DNA from: Amphiscolops sp. MND2022
Taxonomy: Eukaryota
Reading direction: 5' to 3'
NCBI GenBank assembly: GCA_964187785.1
Contig: OZ076417.1
Location: 24,800,001-24,864,000 of the forward strand
DNA: 64,000 nt
Part shown: piece after piece, positions 11,381 through 25,300 of the stretch
Layout: every line of letters starts with the position of its first letter
Position numbering within the stretch: position 1 is the stretch's first letter
Made by a program: the position numbers and the translations under genes
The notes under the pieces: model-generated
What the model was told of the DNA's origin: nothing
Seen by the model: the letters and a program-made list of their open reading frames with translations, nothing else
The model's database searches: none

Positions 11381-12786
11381 GGCTGGTTGGATTGTTGTAC
11401 CACAGTTTGTGGTTGCTGGTTTGTTTGAGGTTGTTGTAGGACTTCAGGCGCTGTTTGCTGCGGTAGGGGTATGCTGTTGGAGCCTGTTGGTTTAGGTGTC
11501 TTCCACCATGTGGGGCGGTTTACCCAGTTCGCTCCTGAGTAGCAGTCCTTTGTTTCGTGGCTTAATTTGCCACATGTTTCACACGGATTGGTGACAGTTG
11601 TGTTGGTGGTTTTTTGGTTTCGCTTATCTCTATTCGTTTTCCTACAGTTGCGGAGGAGATGGCCTTGATGTCCACAACCAAAATATGTGTTTGCGGTTTG
11701 TGGGGGTCGTTCCTGGTTGTGGTTGTTGGTGGGTTCTACGTTATGTATGCTCGTAAGTGTCGTGGAATCTGGGTTCGCTAGTCCGTTAAGTTCCATCTCC
11801 CTCTCTAAGTGTTGTACCATTGTTTCATAGGATGCCGTTTCGAGGCGGGCTTGATTTAGTACTCTTTTTAGATGGGTGGGCATTTTCGCGTATAAGGAGG
11901 TCTCTATGAATCTGGGTGCGTCTTCCGCGTATGCCTCCTGGGCTAGCTTTTGGTATGTCTCCAAGAAATCTTGGAGAGTTTGGTTTGCCGGGTCAAATGT
12001 GAGATTTTCCCACTTACATCTGGCGGTGGCCACTGATTGTGTTTTTACGTATCTTCTTCTGAATCCTGCTATAATGTCGTTTAGGTTGGTTTTGGTTGTT
12101 TCGGTAGTATTGCGAAACGTTTGCAAGGCGTCTCCTCGCAGCAGTGAGTGGAAGTAATGTATTTTCTCTTGTTCTGTTATTTGTGGGGGGACCTTCAGGC
12201 TAGTTTGAAACAGGTCTTCGAAGAGTTCAAATCGTTCTGTCTTAACGTCGAAAGTTGGCATCTTTGTTGCCAGGGCCTTCGGTAAGCGAGGGAGATTTGG
12301 AGCTTGTTTATGCGTTGCGTATAGTTATTCTAATAGTTTGTCAATAATTTCGTCAGAGTGCCTCTGGTTTGGAGGTGGCAGGCTTGAAGATCGGGCATGG
12401 GTGTTATTACTGGTCGTTGGTTCGTTAATGACTCCTGTCACCATGTTGGAGTTTACGCTCCTTGCTAGGTCTACTTCTTCTAATTCATCAGTGGGGTTTT
12501 CACCAGTCTCAGCTCCGGGAGTTGGAAAATTCTGTACGAGGTTTACACTAGTCAAACTGTCAACTTTGGAAGACAGATTTTCCATTAGTTTTAGTATTTC
12601 ACGCTGGTTCATTTCGGTGTCTCTAAGGCGCTTGGAAAGCCTATTTTTGACCTTGCCGGAAATATCTTCAAAATCCCAATCGGACAGTAGGACATTTTCA
12701 TTGTTAGTTGAACTAGCTATTTCCTCATCTATCTGACTAGTGCTCTGATCGCTTCTGAGCTTCCTTTTCTGACTCTTTTCAGGCAT
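11368..12786 (-). CDS. gag: Gag of element 1, one in-frame nonsense (TAA 12325-12327), starting inside the 5' LTR
   Basis: ORFs 12325-12786 and 11368-12261 are in the same frame; knuckle CETCGKLSHETKDC plus degenerate YFGCGHQGHLLRNC. Confidence 0.92.
11374..11380 (-). promoter_or_regulatory. -1 ribosomal frameshift heptamer A AAA AAC (gag/pol)
   Basis: Minus strand CCA AAA AAC TAT TAA; the -1 frame is open into the 1570-aa pol ORF. Confidence 0.85.
12431..12443 (-). other. Primer-binding site TGGTGACAGGAGT (probably tRNA-Leu)
   Basis: Follows ...ACA; identical 13-mer follows the 5' LTR of element 2; resembles the complement of eukaryotic tRNA-Leu 3' ends. Confidence 0.8.
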
Positions 12787-14343
12787 TTTTCGTGAAAATA
12801 TTGCAGTTTGGAAACAGCTGAATTGAGTATTCTTGAAAGTTTACTGGTTTCAAATTATTCCCAAACGAGATTAACTGGTTAAAGAAACAGTATGTAAATT
12901 TCGGCAAAGCAACTAGGATGAAAATCAACGAATGATCTTTAAAAATTGTGATTATCAAAAGAAGTGAAGTTATGAGAATGTTCAAAATTAGAGGCAAGCG
13001 TACAGCAAAAATATGAAAATAAACTGGTCCTTTCCTTAACCCGCTTCAGGTATAAATACTTTTCGGTATGCACGCGGGATAAATCCCGCGCGTGAATTCA
13101 CACCTTGTTCAGCTCGGCGTCCGTCCGAGGCAGGAAAATCCAAATTAGGTACGCTTCCTCGGGACTCGGCTCTCGGCGTCAACTCACTTCAAAGGAAAAG
13201 TGGGAATCAACTTCCTGCCGAATTCCCAATTCCGCGTTGCTTCCTTCTTCATTTCCCGCCAATTCAAGACGCCGAACCGAAGTTGGCACTGAAAATTCAT
13301 GAACCCAGCTACTGAAGCGGGAAAAGGAAGTGAATTTTACATCGAAGATTCCCAAATTTTGCTGATAAACAAACTAAGAAAATACTTCTATATGACAAAC
13401 TAACAGCACTGATTCTCTTTTAATCAGTCAATTTTAGCCGTTAATCGGCATTTTGAACTGAAACGAACAATTAAAATCCTGGATGAACGCCAGGCAACGC
13501 GTTTCATTTCGAGTTGTCTGGCCGGTTGACCAGGTGGTTGACTCAACTGTATGTTAACTAAACGATGCATGTGGGGGTGAATAATAGCACTGGGGAGGGT
13601 CATTTCACTATATTAGCATCAAACAGTATGTTTAAAAGTGATAGTTTCACAACTGAGTTAATCAAGGATTACATGTTGCTCGAATATTTCTGGTCGTTTA
13701 CCTAGGTTGTTGTTTCATCTAAAAAATTTAGCACTCTGCCTGGGAGGTTGACTCAAACACAAGTTCAGTAAAATACATGAATAACACTTCAATTATTATC
13801 ATTTAGTATTCATTGAACATCCTTTGGTATTTGGCTTCTTTTAAGCCGAGAAAATTTCATTTATATCAAGCATCGGATAATTGCATCAGTTAGTTTAGGC
13901 AGTGCGACTGAGCGTGCGTCCCAGTCTCAGTCGACTGGTATGCTGCCTGGGACGCTGACTTAAATTTACTGTTTGCATCAACTGCGCTGGATTCTGATTG
14001 GTCAATACAGTACAATACTATTCAAATTTACTGCTGCCGCTGAGGCAAGTCCCCAGTCAACGCGCTGATCGAATTAATTTCGGTCGGCGTACTGGTTGAT
14101 TGACTGAGTAAATACTGCACGTTGTATTATTATATATTTATTTACATATTTATGTATTTCAGGTACAGCATGGTAGTATTAAATGTACGTTTACATGTTA
14201 GTTAAATAATATTAGCTGTTTGTTGGTTTTCCTTTTTTGGTTTATTATGGTACTTTCGGCCTATTCTTGGTCGATTTTTTTGCTTCCCTCCTCAGGCGTT
14301 CCTCTTATTGTTTGTATACCGTGACCCCTCTGGGGTCGCGACA
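12444..14343 (-). repeat. 5' LTR of element 1 (~1.9 kb)
   Basis: TGT...ACA termini; inner boundary set by ACA|TGG PBS, since the matching part of the other LTR is outside the window. Confidence 0.85.
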
Positions 14344-14469
14344 TAGAAAAAATTTGGTAGCTATTATGGCACTCGTCACTGAGTTAACTATTGACTGCTA
14401 TGATTAATGCTATTTAGGAAAAATGTTGAGCAGTCAAAAATCACCCTAACACTAGAACACAATTCTCAG

Positions 14470-14745
14470 AAAAAACTGACTGCTTCTTTTTGTCCCCCTT
14501 TTAGTTTTTTTGGTACTGAGACTTATTTTGAAACAAAATTTCCCCAAAAGAACCCCTTAAAATTTTTGATGTTCTGCAACAAGGGATGTTAAAAAATCCG
14601 AAAGGGTCCCCCCTTTTAGCGCGCCGATTCGCTCCAACTTTTTGCTTTTTCCGGTACTGAAAAAGAATACTTGACACTTTGAAGATCATTGACCATTTGC
14701 TATTTTTGAACATTAGATATGGCACCGATTTATGCTGTTCTCTGC
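14470..14745 (-). repeat. Diverged copy of the GGGGGACCC dispersed repeat
   Basis: Reverse complement resembles 31580-31915 (GAGAAC...CGGYGCCATATCTAA, GGGGGACCC). Confidence 0.5.
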
Positions 14746-16151
14746 ATGATTCTTCTTTTCATGAGTTACATTAAATTTTCCATGGTAAACTTTTCATTTT
14801 TCAGAAAATTTCCCAAAAAGTTTTGAGGTCTCAGCCAATGATGTCAAGAGGAAATTTTTGAAAGTTGAAGACTTTGAGCAAACCGGTTCAAAAATGGTAA
14901 AGCACTCGGTAAAGAAGTTGAACAAGTCCAAAAATGCGGTACTTCAAGTTCTCAGAAGCTCGCGAAAAAATTCTTAGAATTTCCTGCTGAATCAGTGCCT
15001 TGGTCTATACAGATCCTCAGGTGGAGGCTCAATGAGGCTCACAGATCTGTACAGATTCTGTAGGAAACGGCACGCCTTTTAAGTCTAATTTTTATTGACA
15101 CGTTTTCAAGTGGTGATTGTTTACATGTAAGCTAGTTAATGTAAATATCTCATGATGCGGACCTACGGTCCAAGCGCCTGTATGTGGCTAATTGAATAAT
15201 AAATGAGAACATTACTACACTAATAGTGGGCTCTGATTGGCCAATGAGGTAAGCGTACCACACGTCGAATTGACTAAAGCAGCCTTTAATTCCAACGCGT
15301 TTCCTTTTACCTTGCTAGTTGAATATTTTATTTGTGTTACAAATTCTGCATAAATAGCATAAAATAGCACTGGTTTGCATGACATAAGGTATATATGAAT
15401 AATCAACCTAAAATTGTACTAATTTATACATGTTGATCTCCAGAATTTCAATCATATGTCGAACATAGGCAAGTGGTCCTCTAGTCCTCTAAGATAATAT
15501 TAAATCGTGCTAAAGCTGTTTATAAATACTAATTGTTTAGAAAAGTTGTTTTCTCGTGGACTGGTGGTCTGCGAGGCCTATAGCGGCAGTGCTCCAGGGG
15601 AAGGGGCATATCATTGGCTTCGTCAGGTGTAACTTGATACCTATTGCTATCGCAGGCGGCAGTCTAGGACAAGTAGATTAGGCTTATTGTAGATGAACGT
15701 ATAGAGATACCATAGAGGTATGGTATTAGGAAAAGCCTTAGCTACTATGGATTTTCTGGCACCGAGTAAAACTTGACACCACATGGGTTACATGTGACAT
15801 GGTCAATTACGGTACTTGCTCGATAATTTAGATTGTGTTGTTTCTTTTAGCGAGCCTCTCAAAAAAGAGAATTTCACGATGATCAGCTGGGTTGCGTAAA
15901 ACAGGTTCAAGGTTCTCCAAACCTCCAAACTTCAGAACTCGGTGATGTGATGTATCTTCTTTCACATAGTAATCAAAACAGCTGAGTTTCAGTTCCAATA
16001 TTCTAACAACAAACTGTTTCTATGAAAAAGAACTACTTTGTACAGAACAAAAATTATTGCACCAAGTATGAATTATTCGCGGCTCCAAGAAAATCTTGAG
16101 GTTGAGCATGGATACCCGAAATGGTTCCCTCATCTTCGAATGACAAAATAA

Positions 16152-16375
16152 TTAAAAATCTTGAGCTTCCCATTTCTGACCAAAAACTTCAATTTCGCAG
16201 AAATTCAGGTAAGTTCCAGTTCTGTCCAATCGGATTTCATTTCCTCGAATTCGTCCAGGGTCACAATCAATTGTGAACCATCCCAGGTCATCAGAGCTTG
16301 CAGCAGTTCCACATAGAAAACAATTTTCACCACCCGTGGAGCATATGTGTTTTGTGGTACTAGGGATCCGGTCAG
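16152..16375 (-). CDS. Terminal exon, C-terminal half of F-type lectin domain (absent from ORF track)
   Basis: TTTCAG acceptor; TDRI...LCG...TIDC...G...YLNFCEIEVFG then TAA; completes NRLDCC|TDR in phase 1. Confidence 0.88.
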
Positions 16376-19300
16376 CTGAAATATATAGGTTATAACATTT
16401 CCGTTATAAACAATGCTACCCTGAGAGAATGTAGCTGAGCTCCATACAAAAGCTTATCTCAAAAAGCGGTCAATAGTAGCTTCATTATTTTTGAGACTTT
16501 TTTGAATGAATGAACTTTTTCTCGAGTAGTCTCAAAGAACAAGTATACAAATGGCAGTTGGTTGAAATACTGTTTACCGTGCAAATGTAACAAGACTTCG
16601 ACAACATAGGTACCCGGATGTTACGAAGGCGATTGATTCAATATAAGCTAGAAACACCACATTACAAAGCTTCTGTTTTTTTCTGAGTGAGTGGCCCGAT
16701 TTATGTAGAGTGGTTATACACCAAACTTAGTTTAAATGAAGATCATTGCAACTTAGTTGACAGCCAATTAAAAACGATGTGAAACAAAAGGAATCGACGT
16801 TTCTAAATGTGTGAATCAAATTAAATTCCAAGTGAATTTACACAAAATTTATTAATAATTTGGAAGCCAATCAAAAGTTTCATCAGCTCAAACTCAAATT
16901 TAAATGAACAGAGAATCACTGTAGATGGATATTGGAGAAAAAAAACAATTGCACATGTTGTTGATAGTAAAAGCTTGTTCGTCACAGTAAATTTTTTATT
17001 GCTGCCTACTGAAAGAAAACATTCTCAACGATTTATTGTCATTTTGGAAAATATTTCCTGTGAACTGAAAGTTATTACCTCGTTTTCCATTTTCGCAGCC
17101 TAGATGAAGTGATGATATGTTAATATACGTTAATAAGTTACCCTAATAGATTAAGGTAGGATCAAATTTCATTGGTCGAATCACTTGACGCACAAAGTTG
17201 TTTCACTCAAAGTAAAACAGAACAACCAAAACGAGAAAGCGAGAAAGAGGAAAGGAGGAAATCAAAGAACTAACCTGTAGGAAAATGACAATCGAATCAC
17301 TGATAAACTAAAGTATTTATACTTTTTTAAATAAAGGATTTGTAATCCCAATACTAAAACCTGAACAAGGTGTGAAGTACACAGGCCAGATTTTTCCCGC
17401 GCGCCTAGTGTAATGTATTTATACCTGATGCTATATTTATATTTAAAAAGGTAACAATTTCTTGTTGCTTTTGTAAAGCTTAGCACCTTAATTTCGACTC
17501 AATCTATTGTAAGTCCCGATTTGATTCCAACTAGTTGACAAAAAAACCAGAAAAACTCAGGAAAACACTCAGGACTCTCAGATAAAAAGCATTTGGAACA
17601 ATCACTTGAAATCAATTCTTTGCTATCTGGTTAGTTTCCCTAACATCATATCATGCCTAAGAAAACCGTAAGAGAAAGTTTAGAAGTAATTCGCCCGCTG
17701 TGTCAACGTTTTCCCGGAGTTTTATGAAGTGAAAGAACTCCATCGATCTTTTTCAAGGTTCATTGATAGACATTTCAAGTGAAGCAACTCACAAAAGTTG
17801 CCATGTCTGGAAATGGTAGGAATGAAAAGTAATGTAATTATATTTTTAATTGTTATGAACAGCCACAGCATTTATGAAGTTTCGCTGAGGAGAATTCCAG
17901 AAGCCGGCCTGCTGATCCTAACTTAATCTTCCGTGCTCATGTCAAAAGCATTGTGAAAACTCTTCATCAAGAGACAATGATCCATGACACTATTTCGTTG
18001 GTTGAATCGTTCGAAGAGCATGGATTAGCGTTATCAAGCCTCAGTTATAACTTTGACGAGCACGATCTTTCACTGCTGAATATATTCATTGAGAAACTCA
18101 GTCCCAGAAAGGAACGAACAAAAATGGCAGAATGCAACTCCTGGTACTAATCAACAAACATTCAATCAGCTCAAAAAACTGCAAATCAAATCGGGGACTC
18201 TACAGGCTCCTGAGAGTGTATGTAGAACTCTTAGCAGATGAAGTATACTCAAAGAATCAATGCAATAAAGACGCCAAAAGAAGACAGCAACTGAACAATC
18301 TTTTTGCGAGTTTTGTGGGAAAATTTTACTTATCATGTGTTTCTCTATAGCTGAAGAAACAGATTGAATCATAACAAGTGCCTCTTATATCAAAGCCAGC
18401 TTGAGCGCCTCTTTTTGTGACCTTTGAGAGACTGGCATTGCATCAAAAAGACTTCATCTCGGTAGAACACTGTGAACTCTCACAGCTTTAAAATTTTTCT
18501 TGAACCGTCTAGTTCAAAATGAACTATTCACAACATGGGCACAAGTTCATCATCCGATGATAACAACGACTTCTCTGTTTCAAAACAACTGAATGCCGGA
18601 AAAGCAAATCTGAAGGTTTTTCAAGAAATGAAAAAAACCTTAATTTTGGTTGATTTACAAACACAGCTATCGCACGTCGTTACAGCCTCGAAGCAAAGGG
18701 AAGAGACCTTCAGTCAGCCTCAAGGCCAAAGCTATCGTTTCGTAGCATACGAGAAACAGTTCCCATGGAAAGTTTTCACCTGAAATGTGTCGCAGGCTGC
18801 CGCCTGTGGCGGTACAACTGTGACGACATCTGCTGAAGGTCAGAACTTCGTACCCGGAACCTTACCAACCTATTGAAGTTAAGAGCCAACAAACATTTAG
18901 ACAAACTCATAACTAATTTGGTTTCCTTTTAATAAAACTTTGTAGTATCCATGTGTTATGAATTGTTTTAGTTATTAGTCTGTTAAATTACGATTTGGGA
19001 TATCCAAATCAAGTTGTTGAATTTGCTGAAGTTGCTATGTTTTTAAATCAAAGCGGAGAATAAGGTGAATTGCATACACCTGAACGGCTGTAGAGGAAAC
19101 ATGTTCAAGTGACGCATAGTGCTATTCCGGCAACGTCACTCGAGTACAGGATTAAGGCCAATCACCTCTCACCATATACGGAGCTTTCATAATAATGTCC
19201 GGATAAGGCTCATTGGCGCTACTGTGCTGTTCTTAAACGAAACACAAATGGCCTGTTTCAGCCTTTTTCAGGTGAAGTTTAGTGAGAATGATAAATACCC

Positions 19301-22300
19301 CTGCAACTAAGTAATACTAAAGTGTTTGTGCTCTTAATGGTGAATAGTGTCCTCAGTGCAGATTAGCTAACAATTTCTGATTTATAATACCATTTGCAAG
19401 TCAAGGTAGTTTAATCACATTTTACTGATGCTAAGTTAAAATAAGACAGATGGCCTGTATCGGTCTAGTTATGTAACGATGTTGCTTTCTTTCGTTCATT
19501 GTTATTTACTCTTAGTTTAGTTGTGCAATATAGTTTGTTGCCCCTAAAATGTGCTAAATGATCTTGTACAAGATATGTCAAAGCTACCAGTTTTTGAACC
19601 GACCCGGAATATTATTCGTGATACAATACCGGGCCAAATGTCCATATTAGGCCGTTAAGTTATATAGGCCCCTGCATGCAATCGTAATGTTCACCTACCT
19701 AACAATCCTCACGTGGCGGCACATGCCAATAATTCATACTCGATATGCCTAGTAATATGTTTACATTCCTGAAGCAATTGCTTGTTTCAAGTTGCTGTCC
19801 AAATATATATCAATTTCACGAATTTTCCGCTATTAGGATTCCTATTTCGATATGACGCTCATGTGACTCTTTATGAAATGGTGTGACTTGATGTCACGTG
19901 ATTTGTGCTTTGATGTTGTAATTAGTAGATATTTCAAATATGTAAAAAAGGTGATTGTCACCCTCCCAGGAGTATATATATATATATCTGTGTTTTCCTG
20001 GGAGGGACACAATTTTCCATTCGCTCAATTAGTATTGACACGCTCTTATAAATTGCAAACCAGATTACCAATGTAGTATTTCTCCTTGCCTACCACAAGA
20101 AAGCAAAAGTAAACAAGAAAATCGAGGGACTAGAAATATTCTCGGACACTGAGAATCTAGACATAATGCTTGGTGAAAACCATTTTGATATGGTAGAAAG
20201 GGAAGAAAGTTTAAATACCAGTCTCGCTAGAAGGCCTGAAAGTGGTAATAATTCAATAGTAATAACTTTTGAAAATGATTATGAGAACAAGCATTTGGAC
20301 CCAAGAATTATTATTGCAGGTATTAGTGCCGATTCCGACCGTAATTCAGCAACTGCTAACTCCAGTGCTGAGATTAATAGATTGTCAAGTGAATTGAACT
20401 CTAGAATATCTAGGGAAATGGATGAGATGATGAACAGTGTCAATGTTCAAATCCAAAGAGCAATTAATGATGCCATTAGCAATCAAGTTTTACCACAGAT
20501 TCAACATGCCATCATGGCCAGTTCAGGACATATGACCAAGAAAGGATGGAACGTTCCGGCTGAGAGACCGGAAACAAATCCCGAAGGTCTGCGAAGTGAG
20601 AAGGCTAGAAATGATCTGAGAAGTGAGCAAACTCAACACAACGACCCATTAGACGAATTTTGTGCTTACGACAAAATGATAAGGTGAATCCTATTGCAGA
20701 AATCAGGCCAAGAATTGGGTTGGAAACAGATCTGTGTACAATTTATGGAAGTTTTTTGTCCAATTGACAATTAGATAATCTTCGATAGTTTTCTTTATTC
20801 TTCTCATGTATAATCCTTCAAACTGCATCACCTTTCCATGTTCTAACCCCGGATTCACGGGCGCTCCTTTTTTTGATTCATTTATGTTTTGTATTTCAAC
20901 TGGTTTTGTACCCCTGTTAAGGTCACAGGTGAAATCAAGCGATTGGCCCTCACAATACTCATTTACAAATGTATCTCCCGTGTTCTCCTGGGAATTAGCT
21001 AATAATTTTTTTGTCGAATGAACTGTTTCTCAAAAACAAGGACTTCTCTTCAGAGATAAATAAACTAGATACTCAAACAAACTGTAAGTTACCAGTTCTA
21101 TTCCCTCAGGCTCATGTAATGAGTAATCCATATGGCTGCTCATTTGTTGTATCCATTGATTTCACTTGTACCTTTTCAATTCAATTTGTTAATCCGCCTT
21201 TTCATAACAGCCCAAGTAAACCTTTAGTAACTGAAAGAAAAACAATAACACACCCCTACAAACACTAATGTGATGGTAGACCGTTCAGGAATTGTACCTG
21301 AGTGACATTCGTCTATTTCCAGATGACATATTCTGCCAGAGGCCAGGGTCAATTTTTTTGATAGTTACCCCAAAATTTCAATACTAACTGCAACAATCTA
21401 GACGGTTTAGAATCCTAATCTGAATCACGAGAGATTCAGGTATGTCCAAGACAGCCCAGGGCTCAGTATTGCTCTGCGAGACATAACACTTGTTCATGTC
21501 CCGCGCTTCATATATTCCGTCGAAAGTGTTTTCTATCTTGGATCCACGATGTCCATACCATGATTCCCCAGCGAGACCACTCAAGATTTTGATCTGAGCT
21601 GATGACTCGTCCACTAAAATGTAGTCGCAATATTTTTAAAGTTTTTGTATTTGCCTAATTTCTAGTATTTTGAATTAAGGCAAAAATTAGGTCTAAGCGA
21701 GGACCATAAAAGATGAATCTATGATTAATATCGATATTTTTTTCAAGTTTCAAATTGTGAACTTAAAACGAAACTTTTGTTGTTGAAAAAGGATTTTGCT
21801 GAGCCCGATGCAATAACTGTGTTCAAACGTCTTTTATGAAGATGAACTTCTTTGTGCAGTTATAATTGGTTTATGTTTCATGCAGCATTGGAAAGTAAAG
21901 ACTGTTTTCAAGGAAAAATTACACCCATTAACAAACACTGCTGAAAGTATTCGAAACGAGATGAAATATATACGTCAACCGGTTTCATCTATTCATTTTG
22001 AAATCAATTGCGTTGTTCGCGTAAACTTAGAAACAAAATCTATTCGATATCTTTGCTTTCTCAAAAATTCATGAATGGGTATCAAACACGGTAACATCGC
22101 TCTGAAACTTCGCTGCCCAAAATGCAGTCTCGACTCACCACACTCAAAAGATCCAGGGTAGTTGAAGCAAAACATTTTTGGGTTTTCGGTGCAATTGTGA
22201 ATGCTTTTATCCAGACACTCATTCACATCTTCGCATACAGACTCCATTGATATTCTTGCAAAACCATTCATGCACATACAAAAGAAGCTTCCTTCCTGAT

Positions 22301-25300
22301 TCTGGCAGTTTTCGTAGGTGCCGGGACACAAATCGTCTTCTATTTCACACTCATTAGTATCTATGCACCGAGCCTGACCATTACCACTGGATGTCTTAGT
22401 ATAACCATCAAAGCACGAACATTCGTAGGTGGAATACGGAGTTTTCTGGCACATTCCGGAATCCTTTCCACATGATTGACTACCGAATGTGCACTCGTCT
22501 GGTCAAAAATGTGGCATTAGGTCAAGTCGATTTGATACATAGATACCCTAGTTGAAACTGCTTGAACTTTTTGCATGTACTTTATTGTTGCCAGTAACTT
22601 TTATTATGATTTTCTAGAATTCTTACGGAAACTTTCATGCAAAAATATTTCCCTGTTGTATTTAACTTTTATCAAGCTGCTCCAAAGATTCATCAAAGTT
22701 TTGGCGGCAATTTTAAGCATTGAAGTTTTGCAGGTTTCATTATGCAGCAGCTATAATTTCAAAAGCAAATAATCCAAGTTTTCGATCTTTGCGAATCTAT
22801 GCAGATTCCAAAAAAACTGACACCCTCAGAAACGCAATAAAAACCCCACAGGGATGTCAAACGAATAATAAAAAAGTTTAAAACTGGAGAGAAGGCTCAT
22901 TTATGTCAAAATGATGAAAACAACTTCTGTAGCAATCTGTAGAGATCTGTAGAGATTACAGATCTTTACAGATCTTTACACAGCCAAACAAAATGACCAA
23001 TAAATTACCATAACGTATTCCAAGTTAATAGCAATTACTAAAAATGCTCCAAGAAACGACATATTACAAGAACTATTACGACAAGAAATATTACAAAAAC
23101 GACACTTTATCAACACATCGACCAACCCAAAAGGTTGCCACATGTCAAATTTTATCTGCCAAAACGAAGTCAATATGGCAAACGAGCCTCTCAAAGTTTA
23201 ACAACCACTTCTGGAAAGTTCGAGGGAAATGGATAAATTTTCACCAAAAACCGCACTTTCTCCACTCACCAAAATTACCGTGATGGGGACAAATTTTCCT
23301 CCTCAAGAATTGTGAGTGATGGAGAGTTTCAACTGACTGACCCTAGGTCAGCTAAAATACTCGGTAAAATAGTTGAAGAAGTCCAAAAATGCAGTATATT
23401 GGTTCCTTAGAAGCTGCAGGAAAACATATTTCTGCAAAAATCTTCAAAGAAAATCTGCACACTTCTGTAAAGATGTTGCAGATCTGTATAGATCTTCAAG
23501 ATTCAGTGCAACGATCTTTACAGAACCCTGCAGAAAAAATCCTGCGGATCTGCACAGATTTGCAAAGATGGAAAGCCTGGGAAGTTGCTATCAATTTTAC
23601 CGCAAATTTAATGCAAAATGACTTCAGTTGCGTAATAAACTGCAAATTAGCGTCATCTTCAGCGTGCTATTTGAGAAGCGGTGATCACATCAGACGAGTA
23701 GTTGAGAAAACAAAGTCTGAATACAAACTGATCGTATCGGTGATGTAGTGGAATTTATTTTCAAATTTTATTGCAGGAGTGGAAACTGCAGTGTAATTGT
23801 ACATGATTTACCAACTGAAGTTCGCTGAAGTTTCTAGGTTTTATAAAAAATTACCCTGCATGCAGGACTGCAGCATGTATAAAATTCATGCAATTTCAAC
23901 TAGGGTACATTTCATACATAATTCATCTCTTATTCATGTCGACAGTGAAACTAAAACTTGGAAAAACAATGAAAGGACAGTAAACAATGAATGTTTTATT
24001 CTAGACTTGCAGAATAAACAGTTTTCTAAAGAAGCTTCTTTCTATATCAATTGTATAGTATGGTAACAAAACGTAAAGTGAGATAATACAGTTTTATATC
24101 AAGTGTCTATTGTTTGTAAATACGGCAGGTAATTGTGTATGACCGAAACTCGGTAGAAGTTAAATGTCTAGTCCGGTATTTGACAGTAGAACCGTATAAC
24201 AAAGAACGTATAAATCTTCTGTTAGTAACTAACGACCGAAGAAGGCAAACGTGGTCTGCCACGGTCACATATCTCTAGTGCCGTAAATACAGGAACAAAG
24301 CGGGGCAACGTGTCACTGGCGAACTAGCAGCTGGTTTTGACGAATGTCGACTTGGTGAATACCATGAGTTCTATGGTTGTAAATTTTTCTCCATTTTCTA
24401 ACCTTGTAGTCTTCACATGCGGTTTCAGTTCAATCACAGGTTTTGTAGTTAAATGTCAATTTTATTAGAAGATCTTAAAAGGTTGGACTCAAGTCTTGAC
24501 AAGGTGAGAACGCCTAAAGTGGGAGGAGTGTCAAAAGGAGAGTGTCAAAAAATCACCCAAAGAGTTTTTTGTGCTCGTAAAAAGTCGTTTCTCCAACTGA
24601 AAACATTAAAAAAATCATTTGGTTAATTTTCTCAAAAAAACATCTTAACGTTCCTGTCGTAAGCTTGGTCTGTGGGTTCGTCATTGAGATGCTCACGGGT
24701 TAGCTCACTTATCGAGTTTTCTCTGATCTTTCCAAAGCGGTTGTCCTCGGAATTAATTTCCAATCTCTCAGCCGGAACGTTGAATCTGTTTTGTGTCAAG
24801 TGATCCGGACTTTGAAACGTTTTGAATTTGAGGCAATTTCTGGTTACTAATTGCATCACTGATAGCCCTTTAGATCTGTACAATGACGCTAGTCATCATT
24901 TCGTTGATCTCCCTAGACAATCTCGAGTTCAACTCACTCGATAATCTATTGATCTCAACGTTTGAATTGCCACTGGCTGAATTGTGTCCTGGTTGGCATT
25001 GTTACCGAATCCCGTCTCACTGTGATTCAAGTAGAGGTTTTCTTCATTGTTTTCAGACATATTGCTATCGGTGCTTCCTGGCCTTCTAGCTGAATTGCTA
25101 TTTACACTTTCTTCCCTCTCAGAGTGCCTTTCACCTAACTTTACATCTAGGTTTTCTATATCTGAGAACATTTCTAGTCCTCTTGACTTTCTAGTCTTTT
25201 TCTTTTCTGTTTTCTTGTAGTAGGCATTGGCAAAATCCGAGTATAAACACTTGAAATATTTAATTTTGGAGAATTTAACAGTGAAACCGTTTGTAAGAGG

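Larger units (their letters stand above)
1..14343 (-). mobile_element. Ty3/Gypsy LTR retrotransposon, element 1 (3' LTR runs off the window; decayed)
   Basis: 1-642 repeats at 13689-14343, both ending ...CGCGACA (TGT on minus); PBS, PPT, gag and pol in PR-RT-RH-IN order. Confidence 0.97.

Noticed and set aside
6837-12736. Plus-strand ORFs opposite gag-pol (and minus-strand ORFs opposite the cargo gene and element 2 pol)
   Set aside because: Shadow frames of real coding sequence, no independent motifs.
15120-15830. Possible additional solo LTR
   Set aside because: LTR-like composition, but no consistent TG...CA ends with TSD and no second copy in the window.
17804-18350. Nested plus-strand gene in the lectin intron
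   Set aside because: The apparent ATG exon splices into a frame that stops quickly; no recognisable domain.
21292-21350. EGF-like fragment GRICHLEIDECHS in the lectin intron
   Set aside because: Cannot be spliced in frame without a stop or frameshift; decayed exon or chance.
24100-24440. Possible MULE transposase remnant (minus)
   Set aside because: Multiple stops and only vague motif resemblance.
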